Below are positions 1 through 10,627 of a stretch of 64,000 bases of DNA, piece by piece. The stretch is taken from the NCBI GenBank assembly GCA_029257465.1, contig JARIBG010000187.1, positions 1,421-65,420 of the forward strand, given 5' to 3'. A program made the translations under genes and the position numbers. This DNA comes from Arthrobacter sp. (lineage in GTDB: Bacteria > Actinomycetota > Actinomycetes > Actinomycetales > Micrococcaceae). The stretch's first letter is position 1, and every line of letters starts with the position of its first letter. The notes under the pieces are model-generated. The model was not told the origin of the DNA. It saw only the letters and a list, made by a program, of their open reading frames with translations, and ran no database searches.

Positions 1-40
1 GCCTCAGCAGCAGGGAGTACAGATTCTCGGTCGCGTTCAC
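1..40 (-). CDS. 5' end of an unidentified CDS running off the left edge (MNATENLYSLLLR...)
   Basis: GTG at 40-38, open to the window edge; TAGCGT -10-like hexamer 7 nt upstream (leaderless layout). Confidence 0.35.
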   Translation of the reverse strand, partial: MNATENLYSLLLR

Positions 41-185
41 AGGACCTACGCTACCGTCGGCGTTCGGGGACCTTCTGCACTGGACTGCAGCGCCGATCCG
101 GGGTTGGGTGGGAGGAGACAACAAGCGGCGCGCGGACGAACAGTGAGCGTGCAGACGCTGGGCTACCAGCAATGAGGAGACAACA

Positions 186-1331
186 GTGGACATGATGACA
201 GGTGCCGATCTACCCCTTCTGGCCGCGGCCGATCCGGCTGCAGTGCAGATCTCGATGTTCATGCCCACCCACCGGTCAGGAGATCAATCGCGAGCCGATC
301 AGCTGCGCTGGAAGAATCTGCTCACAGCGGTCCGGGAGAAACTCATGGAGCGCATGAGGAGTAGCGACGTCGAAGAACTGCTGGCGCCCGCGCAGGAACT
401 GCAGGACGACTCCTGGGCGTGGCAGCACATGCGCGACGGAGTGGCACTGTTCCTGCGTCCGGGATGGCATCGCAGCTACAGTGTACCGGCCAGTGTTCCC
501 GAGCTCGCCACTATAGGCGACCGCCTGGTGCTCGGACCGGCACTGAGGCTCCTGACGGGCAACGAGGTATTCCTCCTCCTGGCCCTGAGCCAGCAGGACA
601 CCCGCCTGTTCCGGGCCGACCGCCATTCGATCGACGAAGTCGACCTGGGGGACGTACCCACGGCGCTGCGCGAAGTCGTGGAGGATCCCGATCCCCGCTC
701 CGACACGATGACCCGACCGGCGAGCGCCGGGTCCGGTTCTGCGGTGTTCTTCGGGCATGGTGCCTCGGACAAGGATTACAAGCGGGACGAGCTGGTGACC
801 TTCCTGCGAGAGCTGAACACGGGTCTGCGGACAGAACTGGGGGACGACGGAACGAAGCTGGTGCTCGCAGGGCTCGAACCCATCGTGAGTGCCTATCGCG
901 GCATCTCGGAGTATCAGCAGGTTCTCGACGAAGCCGTGCTCCGCAATCCGGATCCTCTTTCCAAGGAAGAACTGCATCAGTTCGCGTGGCCGCTCATCGA
1001 GCAGCAGCTGATCGATGACAGATCCCGACTGGTCGAGCAGTTCAGGGAACTTCAGGGAACCGGACGGGCGTCGAGTGAGCTGGACGACGTCCAGGAAGCC
1101 GCTGTGAACGGCCGGGTCGACACCCTGTTCGTCCAGGCGGATCCATGGTGCTGGGAGCGGGTGACCGATGATCCGCATGCCATCGTGCTGCTGGGGGAGG
1201 ACCAGCGGTACGCCGAGTGCGAGCAGATCGAGGCCGCCGCCGTGGCTACGATGAACAACGGCGGCCTGGTCCACGCGACGGCGGACGGCGCCGACCCCGA
1301 CAGCAGCGTCTCCGCCATTTTCCGCTACTGA
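186..1331 (+). CDS. Bacterial archaeo-eukaryotic release factor-like protein (baeRF3/7 type; Balon-like candidate)
   Basis: N-terminal 'ISMFMPTHR...RWKNLL', central 'VFFGHG', 'LVLAG', C-terminal L7Ae-like 'AAVNGRVDTLFV...AIFRY'; RBS GAGGAG; no GGQ. Confidence 0.75.
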   Translation: MDMMTGADLPLLAAADPAAVQISMFMPTHRSGDQSRADQLRWKNLLTAVREKLMERMRSSDVEELLAPAQELQDDSWAWQHMRDGVALFLRPGWHRSYSVPASVPELATIGDRLVLGPALRLLTGNEVFLLLALSQQDTRLFRADRHSIDEVDLGDVPTALREVVEDPDPRSDTMTRPASAGSGSAVFFGHGASDKDYKRDELVTFLRELNTGLRTELGDDGTKLVLAGLEPIVSAYRGISEYQQVLDEAVLRNPDPLSKEELHQFAWPLIEQQLIDDRSRLVEQFRELQGTGRASSELDDVQEAAVNGRVDTLFVQADPWCWERVTDDPHAIVLLGEDQRYAECEQIEAAAVATMNNGGLVHATADGADPDSSVSAIFRY

Positions 1332-1366
1332 ACCAGTCCCTGCTGGTTCGCCCGGTACGGCGCGGC

Positions 1367-2203
1367 TCAGGGCCGGAACGTCGTGCGGCGTCCTGGGTCG
1401 ACCGCATCGGCATTCCGGAGTTGGTGGTCCCAGCGGGGAGCGGCGCGGAACACCAGCTGGAAGCCGTCGTCGAGCTCGAGGCGCCGAACACTGATCTGGT
1501 ACACCGGTTCGAGGTGCTCCCTGACCAGGACCTCGGACGGGGTTCCTGCAGCGACCACCCGACCGTGGTTTAACAGCAGTAAGCGGTCGCAGTAGGTGGC
1601 GGCAAGATTCAGATCATGAAGGATCACGGCGACGGCGTGGTTGCTGCTTCGGGCGAGACTGCGTACAAGGTCGAGGACCTCGTGCTGGTAGCGCACGTCG
1701 AGGTGATTGGTCGGTTCGTCCAGGAGCAGGTGTGTGGTCTGCTGTGCCAGGGCCCGGGCGATCAGGACTCTTTGCCGCTCCCCGCCGGAGAGTTCGTCGA
1801 AACCCTTCCCCGCCGACGCCAGCATCCCGACCCGGTCCAGAGCATCAGCGGCGATCTGGTCGTCATTGTCTGCACTGCGGCTCGACCTCCTTCGATAGGG
1901 GGTCCTGCCCAGGAGGACCATATCGGATACCAGCAGCGGAAGATCGCCGGGAGTCTCCTGGACGACCACCGACACGGTCTGCGCGATCTGTCGAGCGGTC
2001 AACTCGTCCAGGGTGGAAGCATCTAGGTGGACAGTTCCGGTGCTCGGGACCAACGAACCGTACAGGGCCCGCAGCAGCGTGGTCTTGCCACTGCCGTTGG
2101 GGCCGACGATGCCTAGCACTTCTCCATGACGGACACTCAGGTCCACACGATCGAGAACCTTCCGGTTCCCGTAGGCGAACGAAATCCCGGATGCGGAGAT
2201 CAC
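1367..2203 (-). CDS. Metal-chelate (Fe-siderophore/B12 class) ABC transporter ATP-binding subunit, FecE-like
   Basis: Walker A GPNGSGKT, LSGGERQ, LLLDEPTNHLD, HDLNLA. Confidence 0.92.
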   Translation of the reverse strand: MISASGISFAYGNRKVLDRVDLSVRHGEVLGIVGPNGSGKTTLLRALYGSLVPSTGTVHLDASTLDELTARQIAQTVSVVVQETPGDLPLLVSDMVLLGRTPYRRRSSRSADNDDQIAADALDRVGMLASAGKGFDELSGGERQRVLIARALAQQTTHLLLDEPTNHLDVRYQHEVLDLVRSLARSSNHAVAVILHDLNLAATYCDRLLLLNHGRVVAAGTPSEVLVREHLEPVYQISVRRLELDDGFQLVFRAAPRWDHQLRNADAVDPGRRTTFRP

Positions 2204-3186
2204 TCGTCGAACCGTTCGATGATATTTTCCAGGCCGGCGATGGACAGCGGAGAGGCCGGTTCGGTGAAATTGAACAGCTGAACCATGATGTCATCGTTGG
2301 CGACCGCGGTCATGGACTGCACGCCTGTCAGTGATGTGATGGCGCTGGCAATTTCGGCCGGGTCCCCTGCCGTATGCAGAAGGATCAGCACATCGGGGTC
2401 CCGTCCGATCAACTCCTCTCTGCTGACCTCGAAGACGCGCTGGTCCTCGTCGGCGAAGACATTGGTGAATCCTGCTGCCTCCAGCTGGGGATGAGCCATC
2501 GATCCGGTGCCGTAGGCGTAGGTCACGCCACCGCCGACAGTCGGGTAGAGCACTGCGGCGGTACGCGTCTCACCGTCCGGGACCGTTGCGGAGATCTCCT
2601 GCACGCGGTCGTCGAGCTCCTGGGCCAACTCGAGTCCTCGCTCCTCGATCCCGAAAGCTCGCGCGTACGTTTCCATCTGGTCCCCGATGTCCGCGAAAGC
2701 AGCATCCTCCGGGGGCTCGGGGCAGAAGGACGGTTCCTCCAACAGGGGAATGCCTGAAGCCGCAAGCGTCTCGCGGTTCATGCCCTCAGCCGTACCCAGG
2801 ATCAGGTCCGGCTTCTGGGCCATCACGACTTCCTGAGAGATCTGCAAATGCCCAGAGGTGTCCAGTTTGTCCGTCAACAGGGGAACGCGGTCGATTTCGG
2901 CCTGGGTCTCGGCGTCGTAGTACTCGGAAGGGTAGGTGCCTGCCCGCGCCACGACCCTGTCCATGACATCGAGAAGATGCAGGAAGGTGACGGGTGAGCT
3001 GTCGAGCAGGACGACCCGTTCCGGAGGCGCATCGAGGACGACCTCCTTGCCGCAATTCATGATGGTCAGAGGATATCCTGCTGATTCCACGGCTGCGGCT
3101 TCAGGGTCATTGGTGCTCGAGCACCCCGCAAGCGTCAGCGACAGAGCACCCGCAAGGGCCAGAGAAAAAGCGGTCAAGTTCTTCAT
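2200..3186 (-). CDS. Metal-chelate ABC transporter substrate-binding lipoprotein
   Basis: Start MKNLTAF at 3186 with GAGGAG RBS; lipobox LAGC; 'YPLTIMNCG..PERVV'; class III SBP pattern. Confidence 0.88.
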   Translation of the reverse strand: MKNLTAFSLALAGALSLTLAGCSSTNDPEAAAVESAGYPLTIMNCGKEVVLDAPPERVVLLDSSPVTFLHLLDVMDRVVARAGTYPSEYYDAETQAEIDRVPLLTDKLDTSGHLQISQEVVMAQKPDLILGTAEGMNRETLAASGIPLLEEPSFCPEPPEDAAFADIGDQMETYARAFGIEERGLELAQELDDRVQEISATVPDGETRTAAVLYPTVGGGVTYAYGTGSMAHPQLEAAGFTNVFADEDQRVFEVSREELIGRDPDVLILLHTAGDPAEIASAITSLTGVQSMTAVANDDIMVQLFNFTEPASPLSIAGLENIIERFDE

Positions 3187-3236
3187 GGGACTCCTCGTTC
3201 GGTAATTCGGGTAGTGGTCGGCAGAAGGGCCGGAGG

Positions 3237-4337
3237 TCAGGACCCGGGATGCATGCGACGGATCAGGTAGAGCAGGAAGGGGGCGCCGATGAAAGCAGTG
3301 ATGATTCCGATGGGCAACTCCTGCGGCTGCAACAGGGTTCTGGCCACGAGGTCCGCCCATACCAGGAAGATGGCTCCCAGGAGACCTGATAGTGGGACAG
3401 CCCAGACGTGGGCCGCGCCCACGAGACGGCGGGCGAGGTGTGGAATGACCAGGCCCACGAACCCGATGCTGCCGGAAGCGGCGACCACCACGCCGATGCA
3501 CAGGGAAACGATCACCAGTAGCTGGGTGCGGAACCGTGCCGGGGAGATGCCGAGGATATGTGCTGTCTCGTCCCCGATGGCCAGGGCATCGAGCCGTCGA
3601 CCCCACAGAGTGAGAATCGTGCCGGTGAACAGGACCACGATCACGACCACGCCCAGCGGGCTTCCCCACGTGGCCAGTGCGAGGGACCCGAGGAGCCAGA
3701 ACATGACGGACCGTGCTCCTTCGGTCGAGCCGGAGGCGAAGATCAGAAAGCTCGTGACGGCTGTGAGGGCGTAGCCGATCGCCACTCCTGCCAGAAGCAG
3801 TCTCATGGAGGTCACGCGGCCCGCAGAACGCGCGATGAGATACACGAGCAGGGATGCGATCAGGGCGCCGGCGAAGGCACTGACAGAAAGGGCGTGTTCG
3901 CCGATCCCCAGTCCGACTCCGAAGAGGATCATGGCGGCGGCGCCACTGGACGCTCCCGAGTTGATCCCCAACAGATACGGGTCCGCGAGCATGTTCCGGA
4001 CCATCGCCTGAAGCGCTGCGCCGCACATGGCCAGGCCCGCACCAACAGCTGCACCCAGGAGCGCCCGAGGCAGGCGAACGTCCCAGACGATCGCTGACGC
4101 CGTTGCATCCAGGGTGTTCCGGCGGTCGAGCTTACCGAGGTGCGAGACCAGGAGTTCGGCCACGGTTCCAGGGGCGACGGTGACCGGTCCCAGGGCGACG
4201 GCCATGAGCAGGCTTATGACGAGCAGGAGGCAGAGAGTGAGCACCCAGACCGTGTTCCTGCCGCGCCGGCGAGCCCGCCCCAGCGGGTCGGCACGCAGAT
4301 GCTCAGCCGGCCGTGCGGCGGCGATGGTGCTTTTCAT
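3237..4337 (-). CDS. FecCD-family ABC permease
   Basis: 'RLPRALLG', 'RNMLADPYLLG', 'GSIGFVGLVIPH', 'ELPIGIIT'; start MKSTIAA at 4337. Confidence 0.92.
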   Translation of the reverse strand: MKSTIAAARPAEHLRADPLGRARRRGRNTVWVLTLCLLLVISLLMAVALGPVTVAPGTVAELLVSHLGKLDRRNTLDATASAIVWDVRLPRALLGAAVGAGLAMCGAALQAMVRNMLADPYLLGINSGASSGAAAMILFGVGLGIGEHALSVSAFAGALIASLLVYLIARSAGRVTSMRLLLAGVAIGYALTAVTSFLIFASGSTEGARSVMFWLLGSLALATWGSPLGVVVIVVLFTGTILTLWGRRLDALAIGDETAHILGISPARFRTQLLVIVSLCIGVVVAASGSIGFVGLVIPHLARRLVGAAHVWAVPLSGLLGAIFLVWADLVARTLLQPQELPIGIITAFIGAPFLLYLIRRMHPGS

Positions 4338-4512
4338 CCTCGGGTCGCTTTCTCGAACACTTTCGCTGAGGGGTCTGAGGGATGCTGGAAGTGGTCCGCT
4401 CTGGCTTCCGCTGCAGCACACTCTCCTGCCGGTCGGTTCAAGAGCCGCAGACAAGGGGGATGGGGGGCTTATCCCGAACTCACCACCTTCGCCCCGCTGT
4501 CCCGTAGGTGCA

Positions 4513-4977
4513 TCACTCCGGGACGTACTGACGGTATTGATCGAGTGTTCCATCGAGGACAGGCACGAGCAGATCCGTCGTGTCGTCGCTCGTTGCTGCG
4601 GTGATGGTCGTGTTCGACCCCGGAGCGCCGTCTGCCGTGTCGAGAATGGTCTCGTTGTGCAGCAGCGAGAACTGTTCGTCCGGCTCGAGGGCGATGACCA
4701 CTTCGTCGTCGTCGTCGGTGATGGTGACCTCCACCGACTGATCCGTCTCGTTCTCCAGGGTCCCGAGGAGACGGGCAGGCTCGCCTTCGGCCTCGGTGAC
4801 GAGCAGGACGCTGAGAAGATTGACGGAACCCACCGAGCCGTTCTCCCCGACGGCAATCGCCCCGGTCCGATCGTCGTCGGACGAGGAGCAGGATGTCAGG
4901 GCTGAGAGGAGAAGGAGCGACGAGGCAGTCGTGCCCAAGATCGTTCGTCTGGTGGAGGTCATTGGTGTGGACGGCAT
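4513..4977 (-). CDS. Acidic secreted lipoprotein (LpqE-like, function unknown)
   Basis: RR + hydrophobic stretch + lipobox LTSC; beta-rich body ending 'VPVLDGTLDQY'. Confidence 0.7.
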   Translation of the reverse strand: MPSTPMTSTRRTILGTTASSLLLLSALTSCSSSDDDRTGAIAVGENGSVGSVNLLSVLLVTEAEGEPARLLGTLENETDQSVEVTITDDDDEVVIALEPDEQFSLLHNETILDTADGAPGSNTTITAATSDDTTDLLVPVLDGTLDQYRQYVPE

Positions 4978-5123
4978 TGAAGTCCTTTTCGAGCGGTGGA
5001 GGAAGCGGATCGGCGCTTTCGGGACGGAATGCCCAGACTAATCGATTCAGGGCCTCGAAGCGGATCGTTGAGGACGCCTCGCTCGTCCTTGCTGCAGCAC
5101 GGGTACACCCCTAGCATGGGGTT

Positions 5124-5258
5124 ATGGGAAAAAAAGAGCAGCAGGAGCCTGACGCCACGGTCCCGGAGAAGCAGATCCACAGGTGGAAGGACGACGGCGG
5201 CCCGGTGATCGTGGAACCGGACGACGAGCCCGACCAGGACGTGTCGAACGAAACCTGA
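5124..5258 (+). CDS. Small acidic protein, 44 aa, with RWKDDGG motif (not in ORF track)
   Basis: Hand translation ATG5124-TGA5258: MGKKEQQEPDATVPEKQIHRWKDDGGPVIVEPDDEPDQDVSNET; GC-rich third positions. Confidence 0.55.
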   Translation: MGKKEQQEPDATVPEKQIHRWKDDGGPVIVEPDDEPDQDVSNET

Positions 5259-5380
5259 GTCGGACGACAAAGGACCAGTCAGCATTGCTGACCAGAAATG
5301 AGCAGGTTGACCAGGCCCTTATTCGAATAATGTCGTTCGGCCACCTCCTCCAATCGCCGATGCGACTCCAGCGGTTCGGC

Positions 5381-6274
5381 CTAGTACTTGCGAAGATGCA
5401 GCGGCCCCTGGGTTCGGAGCGTGGCACGGAGGAAGTTCGCCACCGCGGTGATCAGGAGATGAAGATCCTCGGTATAGGACCCTATGGCTCGCACGGCCAA
5501 TCCACGGCCTGAGGTGAGGGTCGACCCGAAGCGGACGGGGGTGCTGAATTCCAGCGAATTCAGGTACTCCCGTAGCTCCTCGAGCAGTACGTCATCGACG
5601 GCCTGATCGAGGGCAAGTACTGTCGCGACGTGAGTGTGATCCTCGAGGAACAGCAGTGAGTGGTCAGTCAGTTCACCGATCCCAGGCCGGACGAGGAGAT
5701 TGTCGATCACAGTCAGCTCACCGTCCACGGATACGGAGGTTCGCAAGCGCACCTCGTCGTACGTGAACAGCGCACCAGTCGGGGACCAACCCGGGGTGAT
5801 GATCTCCGACATGAACAGGGACGCGCGCGAATCCATGTCGACCGTCGTATGCTGCGAGAAGGTTGCGCCCTGGTACGCGATCAGCTGATCCGGAACATAC
5901 TCCAGGACCGCGCCCGGACCCAGTGTGATACGGAAGTCCTGGAGAGCGTAGTTCCCAGGCGTCTTGTACACCTTCGTTGCGGACTGGCTCGTCAGGAGCA
6001 GTGAAGCTCCCTCCTCCACCTCGACGACCACGTGGTAGTCGTCGCCCCCGAAGTAGGCTCCACCGGGGTTGATGATCGTGTAGCTGACCTGCCCTGATTC
6101 ATCCAGATAGTGCGGACGCATCACACGGAGCGCTCCCTGATGGAATTGCTTGATCGCGACAGAGCGATCCCCGCGCCGAGCCACGCGCAGGTCCAGTCGC
6201 CCCACCGGTTCACGAAGGATGTGGACCTGCGGATCGAGGGCGGTGGTGAGTAGTGGCGCTTCCTGTTCAGACAA
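5381..6274 (-). CDS. ureD: Urease accessory protein UreD
   Basis: '[11 protein letters not shown]', '[11 protein letters not shown]', 'LEYVPD', C-terminal 'LRKY'; last gene of the ure operon. Confidence 0.93.
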   Translation of the reverse strand: MSEQEAPLLTTALDPQVHILREPVGRLDLRVARRGDRSVAIKQFHQGALRVMRPHYLDESGQVSYTIINPGGAYFGGDDYHVVVEVEEGASLLLTSQSATKVYKTPGNYALQDFRITLGPGAVLEYVPDQLIAYQGATFSQHTTVDMDSRASLFMSEIITPGWSPTGALFTYDEVRLRTSVSVDGELTVIDNLLVRPGIGELTDHSLLFLEDHTHVATVLALDQAVDDVLLEELREYLNSLEFSTPVRFGSTLTSGRGLAVRAIGSYTEDLHLLITAVANFLRATLRTQGPLHLRKY

Positions 6275-6878
6275 GATCCCTCATGAGAACGTCGTTGAAG
6301 ATCCACGCCAGGACGTCATCAAGCCCGTCGTCGGTTTTCAGGTTCGTCATGACGAACGGTTTGTCTCCTCTGAACTGCTTGGAGTCCGAGGCCATGACGT
6401 TGAGGTCGGCCCCCACATAGGGTGCGAGGTCGGTCTTGTTGATGATGAATAGATCGGACTTGATCATGCCCTGCCCGGCCTTTCGGGGGATCTTCTCACC
6501 CTGAGCGACGTCGATGATGTAGATGGAAAAATCGACCAGCTCCGGCGAGAAGGTGGCGGAGAGGTTGTCGCCGCCGGACTCGATGAAGACAACCTCGAGA
6601 TCGGGGTGTCGGCGGCAGATCTCCTGGTAGGCGGCATCATTCATCGATGTGTCTTCACGGATGGCCGTATGTGGACAGCCGCCGGTTTCCACTCCGATGA
6701 TGCGGTCTTCGGGCAACACCGAATTACGCGCCAAGATTTTCGCGTCCTCGAGTGTGTAGATGTCATTGGTGATCGCCGCCGTGGCGACTTTGCCGTCCAG
6801 AGCGCGTGTAACGCGCTCGATGAGCTGGGTCTTACCGGACCCGACAGGGCCGCCGATGCCAATACGGATGGGTTCCAT
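6267..6878 (-). CDS. ureG: Urease accessory GTPase UreG
   Basis: [27 protein letters not shown]; start MEPIRIG at 6878. Confidence 0.97.
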   Translation of the reverse strand: MEPIRIGIGGPVGSGKTQLIERVTRALDGKVATAAITNDIYTLEDAKILARNSVLPEDRIIGVETGGCPHTAIREDTSMNDAAYQEICRRHPDLEVVFIESGGDNLSATFSPELVDFSIYIIDVAQGEKIPRKAGQGMIKSDLFIINKTDLAPYVGADLNVMASDSKQFRGDKPFVMTNLKTDDGLDDVLAWIFNDVLMRDLV

Positions 6879-6922
6879 GGAGATGAAGTTCCTTTCGGGT
6901 GCGATGGCGCGCCGGAGCGGCA

Positions 6923-7639
6923 TCAGGACATGAACATTCGGGAGCGGTGGGTCTCGTGGGTCATCTGAGCGATCTCGAGCCCCGGCGAGGTGGTACCGAG
7001 ATCGATGTAATCGAGTGTAGCCACGACCGTGACGGTGTCCTCGATCACTTGGTGCATCTCACTCAGGATGCGCTGACCCGAATCCTGGCCCAGGGGGATT
7101 CCCCGGATGGCATTGGTCGTCAGTGACGTGGTCATCTGCATGAGATAGCTCCGCACTGCCGACGTGACATCGAATCCGGCGGCAGAAAGAGTCAGACCGT
7201 GGGTCAGCGCCGGCGATCCAAACATGTCTCCTGCCAGCACACCGGCACAGTAGTAGGACAATACCGGGGAGTCGGGGAGCACGGCAGGAGCGATCTTCGC
7301 CATTCGCTGTCCCATCGCTGAGTTGGCGGTCCGGATCTGCCGCGGAATAAGGGTGATGTGGGCGAGCTGGTCCAGTCGTCTGAGCTGGTCGCGCAGCGAA
7401 TCGTCAAAGGGCTGCTTCGCGACCTTGGCCGCAAGACACGCGACCAGGGCGTCGTTGTAGGCGGACTGATGGATATAGCCGCGCAACCACGTAGCGAAAT
7501 TTTCGGCGGAGGTGACCAGTTCACGGTGGAGGTAGGTTTCCAGACCGAATGAATGACTGAACCCACCGGTGGGTAGCGCGGAATCGGTGAGATGCATCAT
7601 CACCAGCTGCGCGCGACCGTCAGTGGGAGTGCTCTGCAT
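6923..7639 (-). CDS. ureF: Urease accessory protein UreF
   Basis: '[16 protein letters not shown]', 'IPLGQ', C-terminal 'HE...RMFMS'. Confidence 0.95.
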   Translation of the reverse strand: MQSTPTDGRAQLVMMHLTDSALPTGGFSHSFGLETYLHRELVTSAENFATWLRGYIHQSAYNDALVACLAAKVAKQPFDDSLRDQLRRLDQLAHITLIPRQIRTANSAMGQRMAKIAPAVLPDSPVLSYYCAGVLAGDMFGSPALTHGLTLSAAGFDVTSAVRSYLMQMTTSLTTNAIRGIPLGQDSGQRILSEMHQVIEDTVTVVATLDYIDLGTTSPGLEIAQMTHETHRSRMFMS

Positions 7640-8096
7640 GGCGGAACGCCTCCGGCAGTACGCGCATCTCGCGGGTGTAGTGCGTTTGTTCGTGGTCGAG
7701 GAAGTGTTCGACCGTGTGGTCGTACTGCACAACCATGACAGTCTCTCCGTAGTCGCTGTCGTCGCCGAAGAACTGGGCCTGTAGGTGACGGTTGCCCAAC
7801 GAATGAGCGATCCTGCCCATTTCCAGGGTCGATCCGGGGCGAATGACCAGGACGTCTGTCGGGGCCACGTCCACCGTGATGAGCACGCCGTCGGAGTGAT
7901 GGAGAATATCTCCATGGCGCAGCTCACGAACCGACGAGGGGAGGCGCAGACCGACCTCCCTGCCTGCGTCGGTGGTCAGGCGCTGTACTCGCTTCACCAG
8001 GGAAAGATTGTCCATCGCCACGCGTTCCTCTGTGGCCAATTGCAAATCCCGCTCGGACAGGGACGAGCGGTTACCAAAAGTCTGCGTTATGAGCAC
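7620..8096 (-). CDS. ureE: Urease Ni metallochaperone UreE
   Basis: 'LRHGDIL', 'HSLGNRH', C-terminal HAEHSH. Confidence 0.95.
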   Translation of the reverse strand: MLITQTFGNRSSLSERDLQLATEERVAMDNLSLVKRVQRLTTDAGREVGLRLPSSVRELRHGDILHHSDGVLITVDVAPTDVLVIRPGSTLEMGRIAHSLGNRHLQAQFFGDDSDYGETVMVVQYDHTVEHFLDHEQTHYTREMRVLPEAFRHAEHSH

Positions 8097-8172
8097 GAAA
8101 AAATCTCCATCGTAGGGTCGTCCACACTACCGGCACATGAAGCTGCACACGTGTGCTGCAAGCACGATCGGA

Positions 8173-8202
8173 CCGCCCCGGGCTGAGGTTTCCCCGGGGC
8201 GG
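8173..8202 (-). terminator. GC-rich stem-loop between ureC and ureE (terminator or mRNA-stabilising hairpin)
   Basis: CCGCCCCGGG-N10-CCCGGGGCGG perfect 10-bp inverted repeat. Confidence 0.55.
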
Positions 8203-8211
8203 GCCGACCGA

Positions 8212-9924
8212 TCAGAAGAGGAAGTACCGCTGCGCCATGGGGACCTCAGCGGATGGTTTGGAACTGATGACCTCACCGTCCACTCGCACCTCGTAGGTCT
8301 GGGGATCGACCTCGATCTTCGGCGTCGCCGTGTTGTGGACGAGGTCCTTCTTGCTGATGTTCCGCATGCCGCGAGCCTCCACGTACGTCCGATCGCCTCG
8401 CAATCGGCTGGGCAGGTCATCCTCGAGGGCTGCCGTGGGGAGGAAGGTCAGCGAGGATGACGCGACGGCGGAGCCCATGGCACCGAACATCCGACGGTGG
8501 GTCACGGGCTGCGGTGTCGGGATCGAGCCGTTCGAGTCGCCCATCTCCGCGTACGCAATCTGACCGCCCTTGAGGACGAGCTTGGGCTTGACACCGAAGA
8601 ACTTCGGATCCCAGAGAACCAGGTCGGCGAACTTGCCGGTCTCCACGGAACCCACAGTGTTGGAGATGCCGTGGGCGATGGCCGGGTTGATCGTGTACTT
8701 GGCCACGTAGCGCTTGATCCGGTTGTTGTCGTTTCCCTCGGAATCGCCTTCCAGCGCTCCCCGCTGATCCTTCATCTGGTGTGCGACCTGCCAGGTCCTC
8801 AGGACAACTTCCCCGACACGGCCCATGGCCTGGGAGTCGGATGAGGTGATCGAGAACACGCCCATGTCCTGCAGCACATCCTCCGCGGCAATTGTCTCGC
8901 CACGGATACGCGAGTCAGCGAAGGCGGAATCTTCGGGTAGGTCTGGATTGAGGTTGTGCGCCACCATCAGCATGTCGAGGTGCTCATCAACGGTGTTGCG
9001 CGTGTAGGGCAGCGTGGGATTGGTCGATGCAGGCAGTACGTTCGACAGGCCGGCGATCTTGATGATGTCCGGGGCATGACCGCCGCCGGCGCCCTCGGTG
9101 TGGAAGGAGTGGATGACGCGGCCGTCGAAGGCCCGGATGGTGTCTTCCACGAAACCGCCCTCGTTGAGCGTGTCGGCGTGGAGGGCCACCTGGATGTCCA
9201 TCTTGTCAGCGATCGTCAGCGCGGTGTTGATGCTGGAGCGTGTGGATCCCCAGTCCTCGTGCAGTTTCAGACCGATGGCTCCAGCACGGATCTGGTCTGC
9301 CACCGGGGTCTCGGCAAAGCCGTGGCCCTTCCCCAGGATGCCGATATTCACCGGCAGTTGCTGGGTTGCTTCCAGCATGCGGTGGGTGTGCCAAGCGCCA
9401 GGTGTGACCGTGGTGGCGTTCGAGCCCGTAGCCGGTCCGGTTCCGCCGCCGATGAAGGTCGTGGTGCCGTTGCTCAGAGCGGTGTCGACCTGCTGCGGCG
9501 AGATGTAGTGGATGTGGCTGTCGATGCAGCCGGCTGTGACGATCATATGCTCGCCACCGATCACCTCTGTGTTGACGCCGATCGGTATTTTGATGTTGTC
9601 CTGGATGTCCGGATTGCCGGCCCTGCCGATGCCTGAGATATAGCCGCCCTGGATGCCGATGTCGGCTTTGTAGACGCCAGAATGGTCGACGATGATGACA
9701 TTGGTGATTACCGTGTCCGGGCAACCCTCACTACGTGTAAGGCGACCATTCTGGCCCATGCCGTCACGGATGACTTTGCCTCCCCCGAACCCGACCTCTT
9801 CGCCGTACGTCGTCAGATCCTGCTCGATGCGGAGCACCAGATTCGTATCCGCCAGACGGACCCCGTCGCCGGTGGTGGGGCCATACATTTCGGCGTACTG
9901 TTTCCGGGAAATTTCAAAAGACAT
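8212..9924 (-). CDS. ureC: Urease alpha subunit
   Basis: [14 protein letters not shown] (carbamylated Lys), [34 protein letters not shown]. Confidence 0.99.
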   Translation of the reverse strand: MSFEISRKQYAEMYGPTTGDGVRLADTNLVLRIEQDLTTYGEEVGFGGGKVIRDGMGQNGRLTRSEGCPDTVITNVIIVDHSGVYKADIGIQGGYISGIGRAGNPDIQDNIKIPIGVNTEVIGGEHMIVTAGCIDSHIHYISPQQVDTALSNGTTTFIGGGTGPATGSNATTVTPGAWHTHRMLEATQQLPVNIGILGKGHGFAETPVADQIRAGAIGLKLHEDWGSTRSSINTALTIADKMDIQVALHADTLNEGGFVEDTIRAFDGRVIHSFHTEGAGGGHAPDIIKIAGLSNVLPASTNPTLPYTRNTVDEHLDMLMVAHNLNPDLPEDSAFADSRIRGETIAAEDVLQDMGVFSITSSDSQAMGRVGEVVLRTWQVAHQMKDQRGALEGDSEGNDNNRIKRYVAKYTINPAIAHGISNTVGSVETGKFADLVLWDPKFFGVKPKLVLKGGQIAYAEMGDSNGSIPTPQPVTHRRMFGAMGSAVASSSLTFLPTAALEDDLPSRLRGDRTYVEARGMRNISKKDLVHNTATPKIEVDPQTYEVRVDGEVISSKPSAEVPMAQRYFLF

Positions 9925-9990
9925 GAGTAATATTCCTTAACAGATCAGATGGGGCTGTACGAAGAGGGCCGTCAGCAGTTTCCGAAAAAC

Positions 9991-10299
9991 TCAGAGGGAA
10001 CCGTTGACCTTGTCGTTGAAGCCGTAGACTCTGCGGCTTCCGGCGTACTCGATGAGCTTGACGCTGCGCTTATCGCCCGGTTCCAGCCGGACTGCCGACC
10101 CCGCTGGAATGTCGAGGCGACGACCGTGGGCCGCTTCTCGATCGAATTCAACTGCTTCATTGATCTCGGCGAAGTGAAAATGGGAACCCACTTGGACAGC
10201 ACGATCCCCCGTGTTGACGATGTCCACACTGACGGCGTCGCGGCCCTCATTGATGATAATCATGGCTTCGTTGTCGATGAAGTACTCACCAGGCTTCAT
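9991..10299 (-). CDS. ureB: Urease beta subunit
   Basis: [28 protein letters not shown]. Confidence 0.97.
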   Translation of the reverse strand: MKPGEYFIDNEAMIIINEGRDAVSVDIVNTGDRAVQVGSHFHFAEINEAVEFDREAAHGRRLDIPAGSAVRLEPGDKRSVKLIEYAGSRRVYGFNDKVNGSL

Positions 10300-10324
10300 G
10301 GAACAGCTCTTCTCTACTGGAGTT

Positions 10325-10627
10325 TTAACGAATGGGAGTATGCACTGTGACGAGTTTGGTGCCATCGGGGAATGTCACTTCGACCTGGATGTCGCTGATC
10401 ATCTCGGCCACGCCGTCCATGACGTCGTCCTTGCTCAGGATTTCCGTACCGTGGCTCATGAGTTCCGCCACCGAAACGCCGTCCCGGGCTCCCTCCATGA
10501 GTTCAGCGGTGATGAAAGCGATCGCTTCCGGGTGGTTGAGCTTGACGCCCCGTTCCTTACGGCGACGCGCGACGTCCGCTGCTACGACGATCAGCAGCTT
10601 TTCCTGCTCACGTGCTGTCAGATGCAT
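10325..10627 (-). CDS. ureA: Urease gamma subunit
   Basis: [29 protein letters not shown]. Confidence 0.98.
   Translation of the reverse strand: MHLTAREQEKLLIVVAADVARRRKERGVKLNHPEAIAFITAELMEGARDGVSVAELMSHGTEILSKDDVMDGVAEMISDIQVEVTFPDGTKLVTVHTPIR

Noticed and set aside
4353-4366. TCGAACACTTTCGC as a LexA box
   Set aside because: Half-site spacing is 2 bp too short and the context (metal ABC importer) is not SOS-like.
4338-4510. Cobalamin riboswitch upstream of the FecCD-type operon
   Set aside because: The leader length fits and there is a weak 'GAAGCCAG' echo, but I could not find the GGGAA, GCAACTG/GCCACTG or AGACC core elements. An Rfam/Infernal search would decide it.
2200-4856. Long N-terminal extensions in the ORF track (608-aa and 539-aa ORFs; also alr, tsaD, rimI, groES, FmdB)
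   Set aside because: They are upstream open frames overlapping real genes; true starts were reset from RBS, -10 position and motif boundaries. These are not fusions.
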